Shown here: positions 38,462 to 47,419 of the stretch, piece by piece | How the letters are laid out: each line of letters opens with the position of its first letter | Position numbering within the stretch: position 1 is the stretch's first letter | Source: a virus | Taxonomy: Duplodnaviria; Caudoviricetes | DNA: 64,000 bases | Virus record (IMG/VR): IMGVR_UViG_3300010356_002872 | Span: 1 to 64,000 of that record | Reading direction: 5' to 3' (one strand) | Translations under genes and position numbers: made by a program | Notes under the pieces: model-generated | The model's database searches: none | What the model saw: the letters and a program-made list of their open reading frames with translations, nothing else | Told to the model about the DNA's origin: nothing

Positions 38462-39055
38462 ATGGAAATTACAATCAATCTTCCCGAGACCACATTAAAG
38501 AAGGTTCGCGCGTTTGGAATCTTATGCAAGGGCCAGACGGCAGATCTTGAGACGGTGCTGATCGACCTAGTCGACGAGGCCGTATCAAACGCCATCATAG
38601 ACTCAGTGTACCGGCCCAAGAAGAGCGAGACCTTCGAAGAGCCTCGCCGAGGAAAGACTTTAAACATGCTCTCAGGCGCGATGTCCCCATCAGCCGCAGC
38701 GCCGGTTGGACGAAGCTACGAAGAAGAGCCTATGGGGATATCCGCTGAGCTTGGCGACGACGAAGAAGACACGGAAGACCCCGAGCTTGATGAAGCTGCG
38801 TTTGTGCCAGCCCATGGCGGCCTAACGGAGGAAGATCTTCTTCATGAGATGGAGGTCGACGACCCAGAGCACGAAGTTAAGGTAAGCGCCCCGCCTCCAA
38901 GGTCCGTTAAAAAGACAGTGGCCGAAGAGGTGTTCGCCGAAGTCGCCGGCATGCCGTACGTTTCGGAGGAACGCATTCAAAAGAGAAAAAAGAAGGTCAA
39001 CTCAAAAGGCCGCGTGATCGCGTTTACCGGTAGCGAAGAGAGCAGCTTCTCATGA
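38462..39055 (+). CDS. Hypothetical protein with RHH-like N-terminus and acidic middle
   Basis: MEITINLPE..LKKV; ATG at 38462. Confidence 0.55.
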   Translation: MEITINLPETTLKKVRAFGILCKGQTADLETVLIDLVDEAVSNAIIDSVYRPKKSETFEEPRRGKTLNMLSGAMSPSAAAPVGRSYEEEPMGISAELGDDEEDTEDPELDEAAFVPAHGGLTEEDLLHEMEVDDPEHEVKVSAPPPRSVKKTVAEEVFAEVAGMPYVSEERIQKRKKKVNSKGRVIAFTGSEESSFS

Positions 39056-39423
39056 AAAAAGACGCGTCCGTCAAAGACTGCCCGAAGTGCAAGGGTGCCG
39101 CAAGGTCTCTCGTTCCATCTCAGTTTGAAAAAAGATCCTTCGCTATATATGGCTGCCTCGCGTGTGGGTTCGCGTTCAAGGAAGATGGCACTGCCTACGT
39201 GGATAACATAGCAGAGCTTAGGGACTACTTTCGTGGGGCTACTTTAGGGCACCGTACCCTAAATGAAGGTCTTAAAGACGTAACCCTTCCGCCTGCGGCA
39301 AAAGTCCTTCTTCAGGCGCAGATTCTTGAGTATGGTACCAATATGTGGTTTGACGGATTAAAACAGGGTCTCCTTCTTGGGGCGATCCATACGGCGCATG
39401 AGGAAAAAAATGGAAAAATATAG
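39052..39423 (+). CDS. Zinc-ribbon hypothetical protein
   Basis: CPKC...CLACG. Confidence 0.6.
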   Translation: MKKDASVKDCPKCKGAARSLVPSQFEKRSFAIYGCLACGFAFKEDGTAYVDNIAELRDYFRGATLGHRTLNEGLKDVTLPPAAKVLLQAQILEYGTNMWFDGLKQGLLLGAIHTAHEEKNGKI

Positions 39424-39634
39424 CCAGGGTAATGATCTTCTTTTGCGCCAGCTTCAGGACGAAGAGCATGTCTTGATGCGGAAGCTTGGCGGTCTGATGT
39501 CTCAGATGGAAAAGACCGCAGAGGAAGAAAAAGAAATGTCCTCCATCGACAGTCGCCTTGTCCAGGTTAGAAACAAGATCTACGAAATGATGATGTCAGA
39601 TAAAAAAACAGGCGAAAACTTGGAAGAAGAATAA
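39410..39634 (+). CDS. Small coiled-coil protein
   Basis: ATG at 39410 behind GAGG. Confidence 0.5.
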   Translation: MEKYSQGNDLLLRQLQDEEHVLMRKLGGLMSQMEKTAEEEKEMSSIDSRLVQVRNKIYEMMMSDKKTGENLEEE

Positions 39635-39664
39635 TGTAAAGATCTTTACTTTTTGGAGGACGTT

Positions 39665-40810
39665 ATGGCTATTCAGACAATTGAGCAGAGGAAGAGCTCT
39701 CCTGTGCTCGGGACGATCCGGCTCGGTATACGGCAGGAAGCAAAAAGCGGGAGTAAATACCCAAAGACAGTACCGCATTTTGTGCTAACAGATGCCCCCG
39801 AGGTGGCGAGGGTTTACGGCGACGACCCGAAAGAAATTGATATTATTTTTATCTCAGAAGATATCGAGATGAATATCCCGACGTGGCTTATGTGGTTTGG
39901 GGCTGGGATTAAGGACAAAGACGGCAATATGAAGGGCGGCAAGCTTTTCTGTAAAGGCAACGGACCCGACGTAGAAGGCCGGCCTGGTGTAGCTCAGTTT
40001 TACTCTAAACGAGACCCGAAGACTGGCGCTACCCCGGAAAGACCTTGCCTTGGTGAGCAATGCCCAGACTGGTTGGACAAAAACGGAGCACGCCAGTGTA
40101 AGCCCGCTATGAAGGTCCTCTGCGTCCTTCCTTTGGTCTCTCCATATGGGGTTTATGAGATCAACACCAACTCCTGGAACTCCATCAAAAGTTTCCACGA
40201 GCAGCTTTCTTGGATTAAGACTCTCAAGGGCAATATTTCTCTTCTCCCATTTAAGATTGTGCGCGAAGAAGAAGATATTAAATACCTCGACAAGGCTGAG
40301 GGTAAGGAGAAGCAAAGTCTTCAGTACGTGATGAAGCTTCGGCCCAACCAGCACTTCTTGGAGCTACACGGAGAGAAGGCAAAGGCCATTATGGCAACCC
40401 TTCAAAATGCCCCGTCAAACCTTCTACCGTCAGGTGAGCGCATGGAAGCTCTCCTCGCGGCCCCACGAGAAGATGGCTATGAGATGATTGACGTGGCAGT
40501 AGCTCAGGTTCACGAGCAGGCAGCTGTAAAGGTTTCCGCTGCGGAAGCACTGGCACAGGATCCAGAAATCCAAGATGCCTTTGACATTATGGAACAAGAG
40601 CTTGGTAGAAAGCTGTCCCCCAAGGATCGCCTCCTCCTCATTCGTAAGAAAGAAAAGGAACCAGACATGAAGGCTGCTGTGTTGGAAGCTGTCCGCACGG
40701 CGATCAAGTCTGCTGTGAAGAAAAAGGCCCCCGAGGCTACCCAAAACACTGTTATGGACGTACCAGCAGAACCATCCTCCCCTGTGGTGGATTCTGAAGG
40801 TATTTTGTAA
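39665..40810 (+). CDS. Gp3-like / recombination directionality factor-like protein
   Basis: P.LG.IRLG......YP....HF N-terminal motif and C....C.......C cluster. Confidence 0.65.
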   Translation: MAIQTIEQRKSSPVLGTIRLGIRQEAKSGSKYPKTVPHFVLTDAPEVARVYGDDPKEIDIIFISEDIEMNIPTWLMWFGAGIKDKDGNMKGGKLFCKGNGPDVEGRPGVAQFYSKRDPKTGATPERPCLGEQCPDWLDKNGARQCKPAMKVLCVLPLVSPYGVYEINTNSWNSIKSFHEQLSWIKTLKGNISLLPFKIVREEEDIKYLDKAEGKEKQSLQYVMKLRPNQHFLELHGEKAKAIMATLQNAPSNLLPSGERMEALLAAPREDGYEMIDVAVAQVHEQAAVKVSAAEALAQDPEIQDAFDIMEQELGRKLSPKDRLLLIRKKEKEPDMKAAVLEAVRTAIKSAVKKKAPEATQNTVMDVPAEPSSPVVDSEGIL

Positions 40811-40817
40811 CCATAGG

Positions 40818-40848
40818 TAAGTGGGCCTTAACCGGCCCGCTTATTTTT
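40818..40848 (+). terminator. Rho-independent terminator
   Basis: TAAGTGGGCC-TTAACC-GGCCCGCTTA followed by a T run. Confidence 0.7.
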
Positions 40849-40864
40849 AACTATTGAGGACCGT

Positions 40865-41476
40865 ATGGCAAAAGTTGTTGTTGTTATGCTCTCTGGAAAA
40901 CAAGGTTCGGGGAAGTCATCCACCGCACAGGTACTGCGTGATTTTCTTGGAAGTAAGGGTATCGGTGTGGTTTACGATCGGTATGCGAAACCACTTTATG
41001 ATGCGCACGACGCCGTCCTCGCCGTCCTCCGCCCCCAGGGGATCCTTCCGGATCCGGATGTTAAAAAAGACGGCCTCCTCCTCCAGGTACTCGGTAATGA
41101 CTGGGCCAGGAAGATTGATGTGGACATCTGGGTAAAGGGCATGAAGCGCCGTGTAGAGATGCTTACGGAACGGTTTGCAGGAAATCCCCATATGAAGGTT
41201 GCGATCGTATGCGAGGACTGTCGTTACGTTAATGAATTTGACGCATTCCCCGACGCCGTGCGAGTTAGACTTGAAGCGCCAGAAGAAGTGCGCAAGCCGC
41301 GGACGGATCAGTGGAGAGAAAACGTTAACCACCAGTCTGAGACAGATCTGGACCAGCATGTCATTGATGGTAAGTTCGATAGGGTGTTTAGGACCGATCT
41401 AGAACCTCTGGGCGATGTCGCTTCGGCCATAAGCAAGATTGTAGAGGAGAAGTTTGAGGGCATGACGGGTGGATAA
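40865..41476 (+). CDS. Deoxynucleoside monophosphate kinase-like P-loop kinase
   Basis: SGKQGSGKS, YAKPL, LLQ..G, DCRY.NE and H.SE motifs. Confidence 0.75.
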   Translation: MAKVVVVMLSGKQGSGKSSTAQVLRDFLGSKGIGVVYDRYAKPLYDAHDAVLAVLRPQGILPDPDVKKDGLLLQVLGNDWARKIDVDIWVKGMKRRVEMLTERFAGNPHMKVAIVCEDCRYVNEFDAFPDAVRVRLEAPEEVRKPRTDQWRENVNHQSETDLDQHVIDGKFDRVFRTDLEPLGDVASAISKIVEEKFEGMTGG

Positions 41477-42323
41477 GTCTCTTACAAAGTTTTTAATCAT
41501 CTTGGGCTTTTCTGACGGGGAAAGCCCGTCGAGAGATGAGCTTAAAAAAAGATGGAAAGATCTGTGCCGTAAGCATCACCCAGACGTCGGCGGCAAGGAA
41601 GAAGACTTCCTGAAGGTAACCCACGCCTATGATATGATCACGGATCCGTCTTATCGCGATAAGCATTTCACTGAAGAGATGCGCCGGTCTCAGCACAACG
41701 CCGCCGGGGATCTCAACGTTAGAATTCAGGTCCCTATCTCCTTTGAGGACTCATTCTTTGGGAAAGACTTTGTGGTTAGCTTTAACAGGATTGAGATGGA
41801 CCCCACGTTTAAGCCAATTGTAAAGAGCGAACTTGACGTAGTGGCTGTGCCTCTATCAATCCCTCCTGGGTCCATGACTGGGTTCAGCACAGTACTCTCT
41901 GGGTTCGGGCACCGAGTTAACGACGTCTTTGGAGACTTGCACGTTCACGTGATGGCAATGAAGCACCCCACTTTTACGGCGGAAGGGCAGAACATTTCCT
42001 CCGTAGAGAAAGTTCCGCTTGATATCCTTCTTAAAGGTGGAAAGATAGAAGTTCTCACAATGTACGGCATGAAGACTCTCCGAGTTCCTCCAGCCACTAA
42101 ACCGGGTACAAAGCTTACAATTCGAGGGTGCGGCGTTATGCGTATGGGCAGCCACATTGCCCAGGTTGATGCGATCTATCCGAGTAGGGATGACCTTAAG
42201 AAAGAAAACTGGGGATTTAAAATTGACTGGGAAGAGGTTGAAAAGGAAGATGAGGAAGAAAAGTTAATCAGGGAAGCAGCAAAAAAGTTTACTTCGGGCA
42301 CGATAACATTCTCATGGAGATGA
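41469..42323 (+). CDS. DnaJ-like co-chaperone (J domain plus C-terminal domain, no zinc finger)
   Basis: HHPDVGG...F.....AY; G.DL......SF....G; KL.IRG.G. Confidence 0.85.
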   Translation: MDKSLTKFLIILGFSDGESPSRDELKKRWKDLCRKHHPDVGGKEEDFLKVTHAYDMITDPSYRDKHFTEEMRRSQHNAAGDLNVRIQVPISFEDSFFGKDFVVSFNRIEMDPTFKPIVKSELDVVAVPLSIPPGSMTGFSTVLSGFGHRVNDVFGDLHVHVMAMKHPTFTAEGQNISSVEKVPLDILLKGGKIEVLTMYGMKTLRVPPATKPGTKLTIRGCGVMRMGSHIAQVDAIYPSRDDLKKENWGFKIDWEEVEKEDEEEKLIREAAKKFTSGTITFSWR

Positions 42324-42324
42324 C

Positions 42325-43014
42325 ATGGATCTAGATAGATTTAATACTTTGAAGAAAAAAGGTGCTCGTTACCTCGACCCGGGGTCTGTGGTCAGCCCAG
42401 AGGTGTTTGCCCTTGTGAAGTTTCTAGAAGCTGTCGTCACTGGAGTAAGCTACACAATTGATGGGGAGGTCTACGTCTGCAAAAAAGACGGCAAAGAGTT
42501 CTCGCTCCCGCTTGAGATTGAAGATCTTTACCCAAGGACCGACGAACTGGTAGACGTGTACTTAAAGACAGCCATGGGACGGCTTTACGCGCTGGTAGAG
42601 GACATCAAAAAGACGGGAAACCGCGCCGTGCCTCCTCTAAGAGACGAAGCCATTACCAGGGGTGTCTCTAAAAAAGAGATTGGAAAACTTGAGAAACTCG
42701 GCCTAGTGCAGGTGCGGATTGTTGCACTGAACAACGTCAAGACGAAAAAGTCTGTCGGGGCACGTGCCTGCATCCATTTTACAAAACAAGGGAGAGCTTA
42801 TGTCAGAAAGTACTTCAACCCAAGCTACGGAACAGATCGAGCAAACGAGTGGGACGCCGTCCGAGCAGACCCCAAGTGGGGAGGGTACATCAGACGGTCT
42901 CGAATGGATGGGCCTAGTTTGGGGAGAGCGGATGAGACACCTAAAGAAGTCAATGCCAGACTTCCAGCGCATAGCGAGCAGGTCCCTGCAGGAAGCAGTG
43001 AGCCAGTTCAATGA
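42325..43014 (+). CDS. Hypothetical protein
   Basis: 229 aa ORF. Confidence 0.55.
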   Translation: MDLDRFNTLKKKGARYLDPGSVVSPEVFALVKFLEAVVTGVSYTIDGEVYVCKKDGKEFSLPLEIEDLYPRTDELVDVYLKTAMGRLYALVEDIKKTGNRAVPPLRDEAITRGVSKKEIGKLEKLGLVQVRIVALNNVKTKKSVGARACIHFTKQGRAYVRKYFNPSYGTDRANEWDAVRADPKWGGYIRRSRMDGPSLGRADETPKEVNARLPAHSEQVPAGSSEPVQ

Positions 43015-43195
43015 GTATCTTAAGGAGTGGCACGAGGCCACTGGGTGTACCGCAAACTTCGTCTGGGGGTACGACCCGTCAGGTGGGAAGCAGCTTCGCG
43101 TGAGCGAGATTGACCTCCCTGTTTACCGGAAAGAAGCCCCGAGCGACACGGCAGTCCGAGACGCCATGTCTAAGTACCGCGAAGGCAAACTTTAA
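42800..43195 (+). CDS. Hypothetical protein
   Basis: ATG at 42800 behind GGGAG; overlaps the previous ORF by 215 nt. Confidence 0.5.
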   Translation: MSESTSTQATEQIEQTSGTPSEQTPSGEGTSDGLEWMGLVWGERMRHLKKSMPDFQRIASRSLQEAVSQFNEYLKEWHEATGCTANFVWGYDPSGGKQLRVSEIDLPVYRKEAPSDTAVRDAMSKYREGKL

Positions 43196-43213
43196 AATCC
43201 CCTTTGAAATTTT

Positions 43214-43480
43214 GGTATAAGATTTATGAGCGCGACATCATAAGATGTTGCGTTTTCTCACATCTTTTAGGTGTTCCAGACTTTACCTATTAAGACATTT
43301 TCAGACGTAGCGTAGCTAAAATGATCAAAGAGGCAGTTCTCCTACACTGTCTCTGATCAATATAGGGAAGGCAACCCTGCGTGTACCTCCGCTTGGGTTG
43401 TCTTCTCTTCTATTTTTTCGGTGTATCACTGACCTTTGGGGTACGGGGTCACATTATGAGTCGCTAGTTCTGCGACAAGG
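43214..43480 (+). ncRNA. GGTATAAGA promoter followed by a ~260-nt multi-hairpin leader or ncRNA
   Basis: Stems at 43230-43253, 43322-43359 and 43364-43408, plus two short stems before the RBS. Confidence 0.5.
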
Positions 43481-43487
43481 AGACTTT

Positions 43488-43868
43488 ATGTCCGTTGGCA
43501 AAGTTTTGTTAGTTAGTCATTTCGGTTTGAAGTGGCAAGATGTTCTGGATTATGAAGATATCCAGAGCAGCATTGAAAAAGGTGCTGCGTTCCATCCAAA
43601 GATTCTTTCTTTCCCGCGATGTGAGCACTGGAACACAAGCGCTATTGCTGGAAGGCAGGATGAGGTGTCTATCATCATTAAGTGGCCAGAAAAAGACGAG
43701 ACTAATCTGAAGAACTGGATAGACACAGGCACCATGATACTTTTGTGGAAGCATCCTGCGGACGTTCTCGTCACAGCCCCCTACTCTGTTACATGGGAGC
43801 CAACCGGAGAAGAGCAGAAGACCTACCTCTCTGGATTTCATCTGAGGGAGTACGTTAAAGCTAAGTAA
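43488..43868 (+). CDS. Hypothetical protein
   Basis: ATG at 43488 behind AAGGAG. Confidence 0.6.
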   Translation: MSVGKVLLVSHFGLKWQDVLDYEDIQSSIEKGAAFHPKILSFPRCEHWNTSAIAGRQDEVSIIIKWPEKDETNLKNWIDTGTMILLWKHPADVLVTAPYSVTWEPTGEEQKTYLSGFHLREYVKAK

Positions 43869-43873
43869 TACCA

Positions 43874-43906
43874 GAGCCCCTGCGCGACTGCGGGGGCTTT
43901 CTTTTT
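43874..43906 (+). terminator. Rho-independent terminator
   Basis: GAGCCCCTGCG...TGCGGGGGCTT followed by a T tract. Confidence 0.65.
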
Positions 43907-43919
43907 CAAGGAGTACGTA

Positions 43920-44414
43920 ATGCCACTTTATTTAGTACCGGGAGATCGATTAATCGATCCAAAGAAAGTAGAGAAAAAGCCTGTTGTGGATAAGATACTA
44001 AGGGCAACGCATCGCTCAAGCCTAGATCGCCTTTTTAAGACTTATGAGGAAGGTCTGGCATGCGTTTTAAATAATGGAGGCCGGGTCGTGTGGACAAAAA
44101 CTGGTGCTTTGTTTGGTCACAAATCAAGCCTACCCCATAAAGATATTGAGCATCTTTGGTCTACCGTTACGTCATCTGTGGGCGATGGAAGGCTTTGCTA
44201 CCAAGGCGTCGGGACACTACTGCAGCTTATGATTTCTAAAAGACCAGAGACGTGGCTTTGTAATCTTGTGGAGACCGGGCATGTCGATCCGCTGGACGGT
44301 ACAGATATCTATGCTTACCAGTACTGGGTCGACGATGGGTATACCCCTCCAGAAGAACCCCTGCCGTCAGTAGCCCTTTTATCGAAGAAATGGGGCGCAA
44401 AGTTTAAAAATTAG
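43920..44414 (+). CDS. Hypothetical protein
   Basis: AAGGAG RBS. Confidence 0.6.
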   Translation: MPLYLVPGDRLIDPKKVEKKPVVDKILRATHRSSLDRLFKTYEEGLACVLNNGGRVVWTKTGALFGHKSSLPHKDIEHLWSTVTSSVGDGRLCYQGVGTLLQLMISKRPETWLCNLVETGHVDPLDGTDIYAYQYWVDDGYTPPEEPLPSVALLSKKWGAKFKN

Positions 44415-44425
44415 AGGGATTTCTT

Positions 44426-44471
44426 GGTATAAGATTGATGTAAAGGAAGCCTAACCATTGTGGTTGGGCTT
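44426..44471 (+). promoter_or_regulatory. GGTATAAGA promoter plus 5' hairpin (44447-44471)
   Basis: Recurrent motif; 11-bp stem followed by a U tract. Confidence 0.7.
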
Positions 44472-44507
44472 TTTAATTCCAAAACATTTTTGTAGGAGTG
44501 AAACGTT

Positions 44508-44675
44508 ATGAGCAACGACAACAAAATCCTTTCTGTAGAAAACACTGTATTCGCTGGCGCGGTTATCCTTGGATGGGAGCTTCTTAAGTTCGGGTACCGC
44601 AAGGTGTTCAAGAGTGAGCAACCAGCCGCCCCCGCGCAGCCAGAGCAACAGGCAGCTGCCGGTGGTAAGAAGTGA
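44508..44675 (+). CDS. Small membrane protein (55 aa), paralog of 44917..45180
   Basis: Not in the track; AGGAG RBS; NT...AVI.GWEL..FG.RK. Confidence 0.7.
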   Translation: MSNDNKILSVENTVFAGAVILGWELLKFGYRKVFKSEQPAAPAQPEQQAAAGGKK

Positions 44676-44730
44676 TCGAGCAGGGGGAGGTTATCTCCCC
44701 CATTCTTTTTTAATTTAACAAGGGGGTAGT

Positions 44731-44838
44731 ATGTTAGAAATAGCGGTCGTTCTTTTAATACTACTCGCAGAGGGAACTGCGATCTCAAGGGCTATGGACA
44801 GAGAAAACGTTAGGATCCCGCCTAAACCAAAAAACTAG
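44731..44838 (+). CDS. Small hydrophobic peptide (35 aa)
   Basis: AGGGGG RBS; MLEIAVVLLILLA. Confidence 0.45.
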   Translation: MLEIAVVLLILLAEGTAISRAMDRENVRIPPKPKN

Positions 44839-44916
44839 TGTGTTCTGCAAAGGAAGGCGAAGGCATTGCTGACTTTTGCTGGTTTTATTAACTTTTGCGT
44901 TGAGAGGTTCTGAGTT

Positions 44917-45180
44917 ATGAAGTTCAGTGGAAAAGATGTTGTAAGTAAAAGAAATACGGCCATGGGGGCAGCTGTAATCGTAGGCTGGGAATTGGCAAGG
45001 TTTGGTTTCCGTAAGTTAGCCCACTTCTCTGAGAGAAAAGAGGTAGAAAGGCTTCAGCGAGAGAACACACTTCTGCGGGCTCTGCTGGACCAAACACCTG
45101 AGCCAGTAAGCGTAGCGCCAGAAAGCACAGAACCAACTCAGATGGTTGAAGAGAAAAAAGTTAAAAAGACGGGTACATGA
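44917..45180 (+). CDS. Small membrane protein, paralog of 44508..44675
   Basis: NTAMGAAVIVGWELARFGFRK. Confidence 0.7.
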   Translation: MKFSGKDVVSKRNTAMGAAVIVGWELARFGFRKLAHFSERKEVERLQRENTLLRALLDQTPEPVSVAPESTEPTQMVEEKKVKKTGT

Positions 45181-45187
45181 TAAACCA

Positions 45188-45227
45188 GGACTGGAGGGCT
45201 TAGCAGCCTTCCAGGTTCTTTTTTTTA
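45188..45227 (+). terminator. Rho-independent terminator
   Basis: CTGGAGGGCT...AGCCTTCCAG followed by a T run. Confidence 0.7.
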
Positions 45228-45243
45228 GATCACGGGAGGTACT

Positions 45244-46362
45244 ATGTTTACTGTTAGTAGGGAAGAGATCGCAAAGTATGCAAAGAAGTTAAGCTCTGTC
45301 GTTACATCTAAATCATCGTCCGGCCAGATACCTTACTTCGCCGGTATTAAGATAACAGGAGAAGGAGACTGGTTACTTCTCAAAGTGTACGGCCATAACA
45401 TTGAAGCGGAAGCTGCGATGAAAAAGAAGGGTGATTCGGGATCGTTCGTTTTTGGAACAAGAGCGGAACAGTTTTTTGAGCTGATCCAGGCGCTACCGAA
45501 GTCAGCTCCTGATGTGATGTTTGATTTTACAAATGAAGCAGATAAACTACTTGTAAGATCTGGTGGAAGCAAGTTTTCAATTAGGACGTACCAAGATGAT
45601 ATATTCCCACCAAAGAGAGAGATCGATACATCCGCATTCTCTGAGATCCCCCTGGGAGATTTGATTGACAGCCTCAAGAAGGTCTCCTACTGCCGAGACG
45701 TGTCCACGAAAGATGATGTTACGTCCTACCGAGGTTTGATCTGTGTGAACAAGGATCACTTTGTTGCTACAGACGGGTATCGCTTATCGTATACCCTAAA
45801 TGACGTGGTGAGCTTTCAGGATGGGGATGACGGGCTTCTTCTGTCCGCCGATAAGGTGGATCGTCTTTTAAAAATTTACGATAGAGATAAGTCACCGGGC
45901 AAGGTGCTCTATAATAAGTCAGACGTGATGATCCTCGGGCAGGGTATCTTAACTATCGTCCGTCGTTCGAATAGTAAGTACCCGAACTACCAGAGCATCC
46001 TCCCGAAGGAGAGCCTGGGGTTCGTTGTGTTGGACAGGGCTGAGGTTCTTTCTGCTTTAGACAGATCTCTCATTTTCAGCTCTTCGTTTAAGGCTGTGAA
46101 AGTAAGCCTACTACCAACAGGAAACGTTCTCATATCTTCTGACAGTGAGCACGGGTCTGCTAACGAGCAGGTAATCTGCAAAGACTTTAATGTTCCGGAT
46201 CTTATCGAGTTTAACCTCAACGGCAAGTTCCTTCTTGAGTCCTTCAAGAATCGAAGCACTGAGCTTATTCGTATTGAGTACAGAACTATTGATGAGCCAA
46301 TTGTTGTTACCGGGGACAACCACCGGGACATTATTTTACCGATTCGAGAGAAAGGGCAGTGA
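45244..46362 (+). CDS. dnaN: DNA polymerase III beta sliding clamp
   Basis: 372 aa; VATDGYRL, YPNY..I.P, N..FL.E and I.PIR motifs. Confidence 0.85.
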   Translation: MFTVSREEIAKYAKKLSSVVTSKSSSGQIPYFAGIKITGEGDWLLLKVYGHNIEAEAAMKKKGDSGSFVFGTRAEQFFELIQALPKSAPDVMFDFTNEADKLLVRSGGSKFSIRTYQDDIFPPKREIDTSAFSEIPLGDLIDSLKKVSYCRDVSTKDDVTSYRGLICVNKDHFVATDGYRLSYTLNDVVSFQDGDDGLLLSADKVDRLLKIYDRDKSPGKVLYNKSDVMILGQGILTIVRRSNSKYPNYQSILPKESLGFVVLDRAEVLSALDRSLIFSSSFKAVKVSLLPTGNVLISSDSEHGSANEQVICKDFNVPDLIEFNLNGKFLLESFKNRSTELIRIEYRTIDEPIVVTGDNHRDIILPIREKGQ

Positions 46363-46577
46363 TGGAGGAAAAATTTAAGAAGTTTAGAGAAGAGTATATT
46401 AGGACGGAGCACGAGCGGCTTCGTCTTTCTTTTCGTGAGTTTATCACGGACCAGTATGTTAATCTAAGCCCAACAGAGATTGCATTTCATATTGACAGAA
46501 AGGCGCTTGTTACCTCTGTATTAAAAGAGATGGCGGAAGAGTTTATAGGAGGGAGTGATGGCAAAAGAAAGATCTGA
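46359..46577 (+). CDS. Hypothetical protein
   Basis: Coupled ORF. Confidence 0.5.
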   Translation: MMEEKFKKFREEYIRTEHERLRLSFREFITDQYVNLSPTEIAFHIDRKALVTSVLKEMAEEFIGGSDGKRKI

Positions 46578-47265
46578 GGAGATGACCAAAATTCTTGAGG
46601 AAGCTGCAAAGAAGTCTGCCGCTATCGAAATTTTATTGGATGAGATATCTCCTCCTGGCGTGTTTGGGCCTACGCCTCCTATTGTTGATGGCCCGCGTTT
46701 TTTACGAGTAGACGCTGGGAGCCGGATTAACTACCACGAAGATCGGTTGATCGAGGAGGGTGGCACCGTACCCCACAGAGGAAGTCCTGGGGCGGCTGCA
46801 TGGGATATCCACTCGGCCGAGGACGTCGAGCTGGCCCCTTACGTGTACCACCGAATAAAGACGGGGCTTTACTGCGAGATCCCTCAGGGGCACGTCCTTC
46901 TTGTTTTGCCTAGGTCTGGTTTCTCCTTTAAAAATCAGATAGTTATGCCGAACAGTGTGGGGGTGATCGACGAGGACTACCGAGGTGAGATCTCGATCAC
47001 AGCCTGCTGGACGCCAAACCCGGCAGAAACTCTGCAGTTTGAAATCTCCCAGTCCAAGCCCTATGAGTTTCGAGGAGATGCCCACTACCCGATGTCCGCG
47101 CGTGTGTTCTTTGATGAAAAGCTTCGCTTTCATATTAAAAAAGGGGATAGAATCGCCCAGGCCCTATTGGTAGAATACAAAGTGCAAGAATGGAGGGGAG
47201 TGGATGGTCTCTCAACGACAGCAAGAGGAGCCGGAGGATTCGGATCAACTGGAGTTCGATCCTGA
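46555..47265 (+). CDS. dut: Trimeric dUTPase with N-terminal extension and insertion
   Basis: AAWDI, PRSG, GVIDEDYRGEI, GDRIAQ and RGAGGFGSTG motifs. Confidence 0.92.
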   Translation: MMAKERSEEMTKILEEAAKKSAAIEILLDEISPPGVFGPTPPIVDGPRFLRVDAGSRINYHEDRLIEEGGTVPHRGSPGAAAWDIHSAEDVELAPYVYHRIKTGLYCEIPQGHVLLVLPRSGFSFKNQIVMPNSVGVIDEDYRGEISITACWTPNPAETLQFEISQSKPYEFRGDAHYPMSARVFFDEKLRFHIKKGDRIAQALLVEYKVQEWRGVDGLSTTARGAGGFGSTGVRS

Positions 47266-47419
47266 CGCACCGTCTTCAGAAGTTATCGAGAAAGCCAACA
47301 AGTCCAAAGAGGACCCCAACGAGATCCTTCTTGGAGATGACGAGATCGATAACGACGATGTTGACGGGGATGGCGACTTCGACCTGGACGACATTCTCTA
47401 TGACGAAGACGAGGACTAA
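47204..47419 (+). CDS. Small extremely acidic protein
   Basis: D/E-rich; fills the gap up to the next ATG. Confidence 0.5.
   Translation: MVSQRQQEEPEDSDQLEFDPDAPSSEVIEKANKSKEDPNEILLGDDEIDNDDVDGDGDFDLDDILYDEDED

Noticed and set aside
47235-47270. tRNA (GTTCGATCC T-loop-like)
   Set aside because: It lies in the dUTPase motif V coding sequence and no cloverleaf can be built; no tRNA was recognised in the window
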